From an uncultured delta proteobacterium (GTDB lineage Bacteria; Desulfobacterota; Desulfobacteria; Desulfobacterales; UBA2156): a DNA stretch of 64,000 nucleotides. The position numbers and the translations under genes were made by a program. Where the stretch lies: positions 96,384 through 160,383 of the forward strand of contig CAVTQK010000013.1 in the NCBI GenBank assembly GCA_963736855.1, given 5' to 3'. Positions 60,860-64,000 of this stretch are shown here, piece after piece. Below the pieces are notes generated by a model. That model saw only the letters and a list, made by a program, of their open reading frames with translations, was not told where the DNA came from and searched no databases. Position 1 is the stretch's first letter. Every line of letters starts with the position of its first letter.

Positions 60860-62094
60860 TTATAGATCCAGGGGGCTTTTTACACCCAGCACGTTCTTGG
60901 CAGCCACATGGGTATAAATCATGGTGGTCTGCACGTTTTTATGGCCGAGGAGTTCCTGGATGGTCCGGATATCGTATCCGTTTTCCAGAAGATGGGTCGC
61001 GAAACTGTGCCTCAAACTGTGCGCCGTGACGTTTTTCGGGATGCCGGCTTTTCGAGCGGCTTCCTTGATCTGCCGCTGCACTCCCGTTTCGTGAATATGA
61101 TGCCGCCGGATTTTCCCGGATCGGGGATCTGCGGAAAGGTCACGGGACGGAAACGTCCAGAACCACACCCAGCTTTTTCCGGCATCGGGGTATTTTTTTT
61201 CCAGGGCGCCGGGGAGAAAAACCCCGTCCACGCCATCGGAACGATCCTGATCATAAACGCGTCGGACCTGTTCCAGATGTTCCCTTAGATCATCCTTGAG
61301 GCTCTCCGGAAGCACCGTCACCCGGTCCGTATCTCCTTTTCCGGCTCGGATAATCAGACACCCTTTTTCGAAATCGATGTCCTTGACCCTCAACCGCAGG
61401 CATTCGGACAAGCGCAATCCGCACCCATAAAGGATCTGCGCCATGAGGCGAAAAGGTCCTTCCATTTTATCCAGTAACTGCATCACTTCCTGTTTGGTTA
61501 ATACCACCGGCAGTCTTTTGCTTTGTCCGGCGCGAAGAGCCCCTCCAAGAGGGATTGTCTCTTTGTGGAGGGCATGGCGGAAAAAAACAAAAGCGCGTTG
61601 AACGCCTGGTTCTGGGTGGAAACCGTCACCCCCCGCTCAATGGCCAGATACGAAAGATAGTCCCGGACATGCTCCGGTCCCAACACCTCCGGGTCGATGC
61701 CTTTCACAAATCGATAAAAATTTCTCGACCATCCCAGGTAGGCCTTTTCGGTGGCATACGATCGATGCTTCAGTCGGAGCATTCGTTGCATGTCATCGGC
61801 TGCATGGCGCCAGCTATCGTGGACAGGCATCTCTTTCGAAGTGAAGTTCGAATATTTTCTTTTCCTGAAATACAAGAAAAGCTGAACAGCGTCCTTGGCT
61901 TGTTTGACCTACCACTCCTCATTTTTTAAAGAAAGGCTGGAAATAAATGACTCCAGGTCTTCTTTTGAAACAGGCGTATCCGGACTTCTTTTTAAAAAGC
62001 TGATAAACCGGGTGACCCACGCGATATAGTATCCCCTTTGCTTTTCCGGAACGATATGTTTTTTCTCAAGATAAGATCTAAATGAAGTGATCAT
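60860..62094 (-). pseudogene. intI: Integron integrase, long N-terminus type; in-frame TAG at 61909-61911 and frameshift near 61580
   Basis: STQNQAFNALL, LYGCGLRLSEC, GKGDTDR, integron-specific insert LPGALEKKYP...WFWTFPS...DPRSGKIRRHH, HSLRHSFATHLLE, GHKNVQTTMIYTHV. Confidence 0.92.
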
Positions 62095-62299
62095 TTTTAT
62101 ACAGACTCTGTTTAATTATATTATTCAGATCTTATTTCTACAGTTCTCTCCGTTTTTCTGCCTTCTGTATTCCTTTTCCAGCAGTAAAAACGAACTGATT
62201 GATAATATATTACAATACATTAAATATGTTACAATGTTATCGAGCTTATCGCGCCATTTTTCTTGAAATAGGAAAAATATACTGCTAAATTAGTTTTAA

Positions 62300-62348
62300 T
62301 TTATCAATTTATTTTCAATTTATAAACTCTGGATATTATATGTTATAC
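62300..62348 (+). other. attI region; crossover G|TTATAC at 62342/62343
   Basis: GTTATACA at 62342 is the complement of TGTATAAC ending cassette 1; AT-rich spacer upstream of divergent intI. Confidence 0.7.
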
Positions 62349-62357
62349 AAGGGTAAA

Positions 62358-62993
62358 ATGATAAAAGCCATACCAACAAAATATAGAGGCATTTCCTATC
62401 GAAGTCGTTTAGAAGCAATGTGGGCAATTTCTTTGATGAAATTGGATTTAAGTACCACTATGAATTAGATGGTTTTTGATCTTGGTAGTGTTTGGTATCT
62501 TCCAGATTTTTTTCTTCCTAAAAGGAATACTTGGATTGAAATTAAGCCGCAAGCTCCAACAAAAGAGGAATGGGAAAAAGCAGCATTACTACTATTGGCA
62601 TCCGTAAAATCTGGCTCAGAAGCTAATGTAGCTATTTTATATGGAAGACCATGGCTGGATCAAATTGGGCCAGAGTATTGCTACCTTAACTTGCTTCCCC
62701 AAGTTGGTCGTCATTTTCTTAATGATAACGATGATAAATATATTGATATCACTAAAGAAAATATATCAAATAACTACATTGATGATGAAGAACTTATTTT
62801 TGTGCAATGTAGACGGTGTTACAAAATAAGTCTTGATTCATTGGGGATACATTTTCCAGAAAAAAGCAGGGATGGGTATTCAGGAATTCATGGGTGTTGC
62901 GGTAAAGAATCGGCAACAATTACCCAAACAGCCTTATTAATGAATGCATACAGCAAAGCTACGGATAAAAAATTCAATAAAAATAATGTATAA
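62358..62993 (+). CDS. Cassette 1: PD-(D/E)xK nuclease-like protein (frameshifts in the 5' part)
   Basis: MIKAIPTKYRGISYRSRLEA.WA...YE.DGF..YLPDFFLP...WIEIKP; C-terminal CxxC and CC; AT-rich. Confidence 0.72.
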
Positions 62994-63080
62994 CAACCGC
63001 ATCAAGACCGACGCCGGGATCTGCGCCGTACCGTTATCTGCATGGTCATTGGCCGGCGCGGCTTATGCGGAGCGTTAGAG
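62988..63080 (+). other. attC site 1
   Basis: R'' GTATAAC, CGCATCAAG pairing with CTTATGCG, inner CGCCGG/CCGGCG stem, R' GTTAGAG. Confidence 0.88.
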
Positions 63081-63124
63081 GCCCAAAGAGGAATGCCCAC
63101 TGACAGAGAAATAAGCCCTTGATC

Positions 63125-63154
63125 TTGACAAACTATATCGATAGAAATATAGTT
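63125..63154 (+). promoter_or_regulatory. Cassette-internal sigma70 promoter with overlapping inverted repeat
   Basis: TTGACA-17 bp-TATAGT; AACTATAT-N8-ATATAGTT covers the spacer and -10. Confidence 0.75.
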
Positions 63155-63175
63155 GAGGCAGAGAGGGCACAAGGC

Positions 63176-63415
63176 ATGAGATTCACCCAGTACTTTCTTT
63201 ATACACAGCAGCGAGAAGACCGGAAAGATATCCAGTTGAAGTGGATAGAGGAAGTCGTCTCAAATCCCATCAAGGAAGTCCGCCAGAAAGATGGCCGCAT
63301 CCGAAGATGGGGCAGAATAAAGGAAGCTGGCAACAAGTATCTCAGAGTCGTTTTGCTTGAGGATGGAGAAACAGTTCACAATGCCTTCTTTGATCGAACA
63401 TTCACGGAGAGGTGA
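63176..63415 (+). CDS. Cassette 2: putative toxin (DUF4258/RelE-like)
   Basis: WIEEVVSNP...DGRIRRWGRI...YLRVVLLEDGETVHNAFFDR; followed by a DUF2283 gene. Confidence 0.72.
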   Translation: MRFTQYFLYTQQREDRKDIQLKWIEEVVSNPIKEVRQKDGRIRRWGRIKEAGNKYLRVVLLEDGETVHNAFFDRTFTER

Positions 63416-63418
63416 ATT

Positions 63419-63616
63419 ATGAAGGTTAAGTATTTCTCTGATACTGATACTTTGCTCCTGACATTCAGCGACAAAAGCATAGCCGATACCCATGACCTGA
63501 ATGAGGATATCCTGGTTGAATTGGACAAGGATGGCCGACTGGTAAGTATGACGGTTGAACATGCCAAGCACCAGATGGATGTCGGTGAATTTTCTTACCA
63601 GCAAGTGGCAGGATGA
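63419..63616 (+). CDS. Cassette 2: DUF2283 family putative antitoxin
   Basis: MKVKYFSDTDTLLL...ILVELDKDGRLVSMTVEHA. Confidence 0.82.
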   Translation: MKVKYFSDTDTLLLTFSDKSIADTHDLNEDILVELDKDGRLVSMTVEHAKHQMDVGEFSYQQVAG

Positions 63617-63813
63617 AACTGGTCACAGTCACTCAAGCAGCGGAAGAACTGGGAGTCAAGCCTGTCAGGGTTCGTCAACTTTGCCAGCAAGGTCGCATCA
63701 AAGGCGCTGAAAAACTGGGGAGGGCGTGGGTCATTTCTCAACCTATTGAAATTATCCCTGGCACCAGAGGGCCAAAACTGGTGAAAGCAAGAGTGAAACC
63801 CAAGCAAGAATAG
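63613..63813 (+). CDS. Cassette 2: excisionase-like HTH protein
   Basis: VTVTQAAEELGVKPVRVRQLCQQGRIKGAEKLGRAWVI; ATGA overlap with the upstream gene. Confidence 0.8.
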   Translation: MKLVTVTQAAEELGVKPVRVRQLCQQGRIKGAEKLGRAWVISQPIEIIPGTRGPKLVKARVKPKQE

Positions 63814-63822
63814 AGGACGGGC

Positions 63823-63931
63823 CTCTAACAAGTCAATTCACCCGACTGCAAGGGCGTTGTCTATTGAATCGGGTCGTGCTCCAAAAGGGGCTGGTTTGAA
63901 ACTTTGCAGCGGGTGATCTCCAGCGTTTTCC
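63823..63931 (+). other. attC site 2, with non-canonical R' (GTTTTCC)
   Basis: R'' CTCTAAC; stem TCACCCG-A-CTGCAA / TTGCAG-CGGGTGA with one extrahelical base. Confidence 0.85.
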
Positions 63932-64000
63932 ACACGGTGGGTGTTTTTTTCGATCATCCCGGAGCAGATGAAGATATCGCCCGGCGCTAAAACGGCCGGA
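63929..64000 (-). repeat. Second copy of internal prmA sequence (matches 59999-60070)
   Basis: 72 bp with 2 mismatches to the first prmA; runs off the window edge. Confidence 0.92.

Noticed and set aside
61909..61911. In-frame TAG in intI as pyrrolysine or programmed readthrough
   Set aside because: No pyl genes in the window; a CAG-to-TAG nonsense change is simpler, and the gene has a second lesion
62095..62340. LexA box controlling intI
   Set aside because: AT-rich with short direct repeats (TTACAAT twice), but no motif I can confidently match to a LexA box for this lineage
1..64000. CRISPR array, cas genes or rRNA
   Set aside because: No run of regularly spaced repeats with unique spacers and no cas or rRNA signature seen; the repeats found are pairs or dispersed elements

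Overview
Bacterial chromosomal window whose gene content points to an anaerobic deltaproteobacterium (Desulfobacterota-like; inference from the acd/gcdA glutaryl-CoA cluster, CooC and gene style). Backbone: recD2-like helicase (partial), trmO, gltA, cooC-like, tag, typA, tRNA-Leu(CAA), tsaC-purE-ATP-grasp-ddl, a divergent purD-like gene, thrS, a four-gene two-component cluster, panB, and a glutaryl-CoA to acetyl-CoA cluster (acyl-CoA ligase, IclR, acd, etfBA, ETF:quinone oxidoreductase, thiolase, hbd, crt, gcdA), then prmA. Accessory regions: (1) an ~9 kb island between typA and tRNA-Leu, bounded by duplicated IS91-like/BrnT remnants, carrying an NHL / exported TPR-CHAT protease / FecR-like / CHASE2 adenylate cyclase module; (2) an ~5 kb AT-rich module between direct repeats encoding a TPR-HExxH protein, a MazG-like pyrophosphatase and a DUF2075 nuclease-helicase with a LexA/S24-like tail; (3) a chromosomal integron with a disrupted intI and two cassettes, whose last attC runs directly into a second prmA copy. 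Best candidates for an undescribed system: the panB / unknown ~420 aa protein / Leu-Val-type dehydrogenase-CBS operon, the CHAT-cyclase module and the putative defence module. Several small non-autonomous elements are resolvable to the base, two with their empty site in the same window. Many single-base frameshifts occur, including in housekeeping genes, so some pseudogene calls may be sequencing errors. All family assignments come from motif recognition; no database searches were run.
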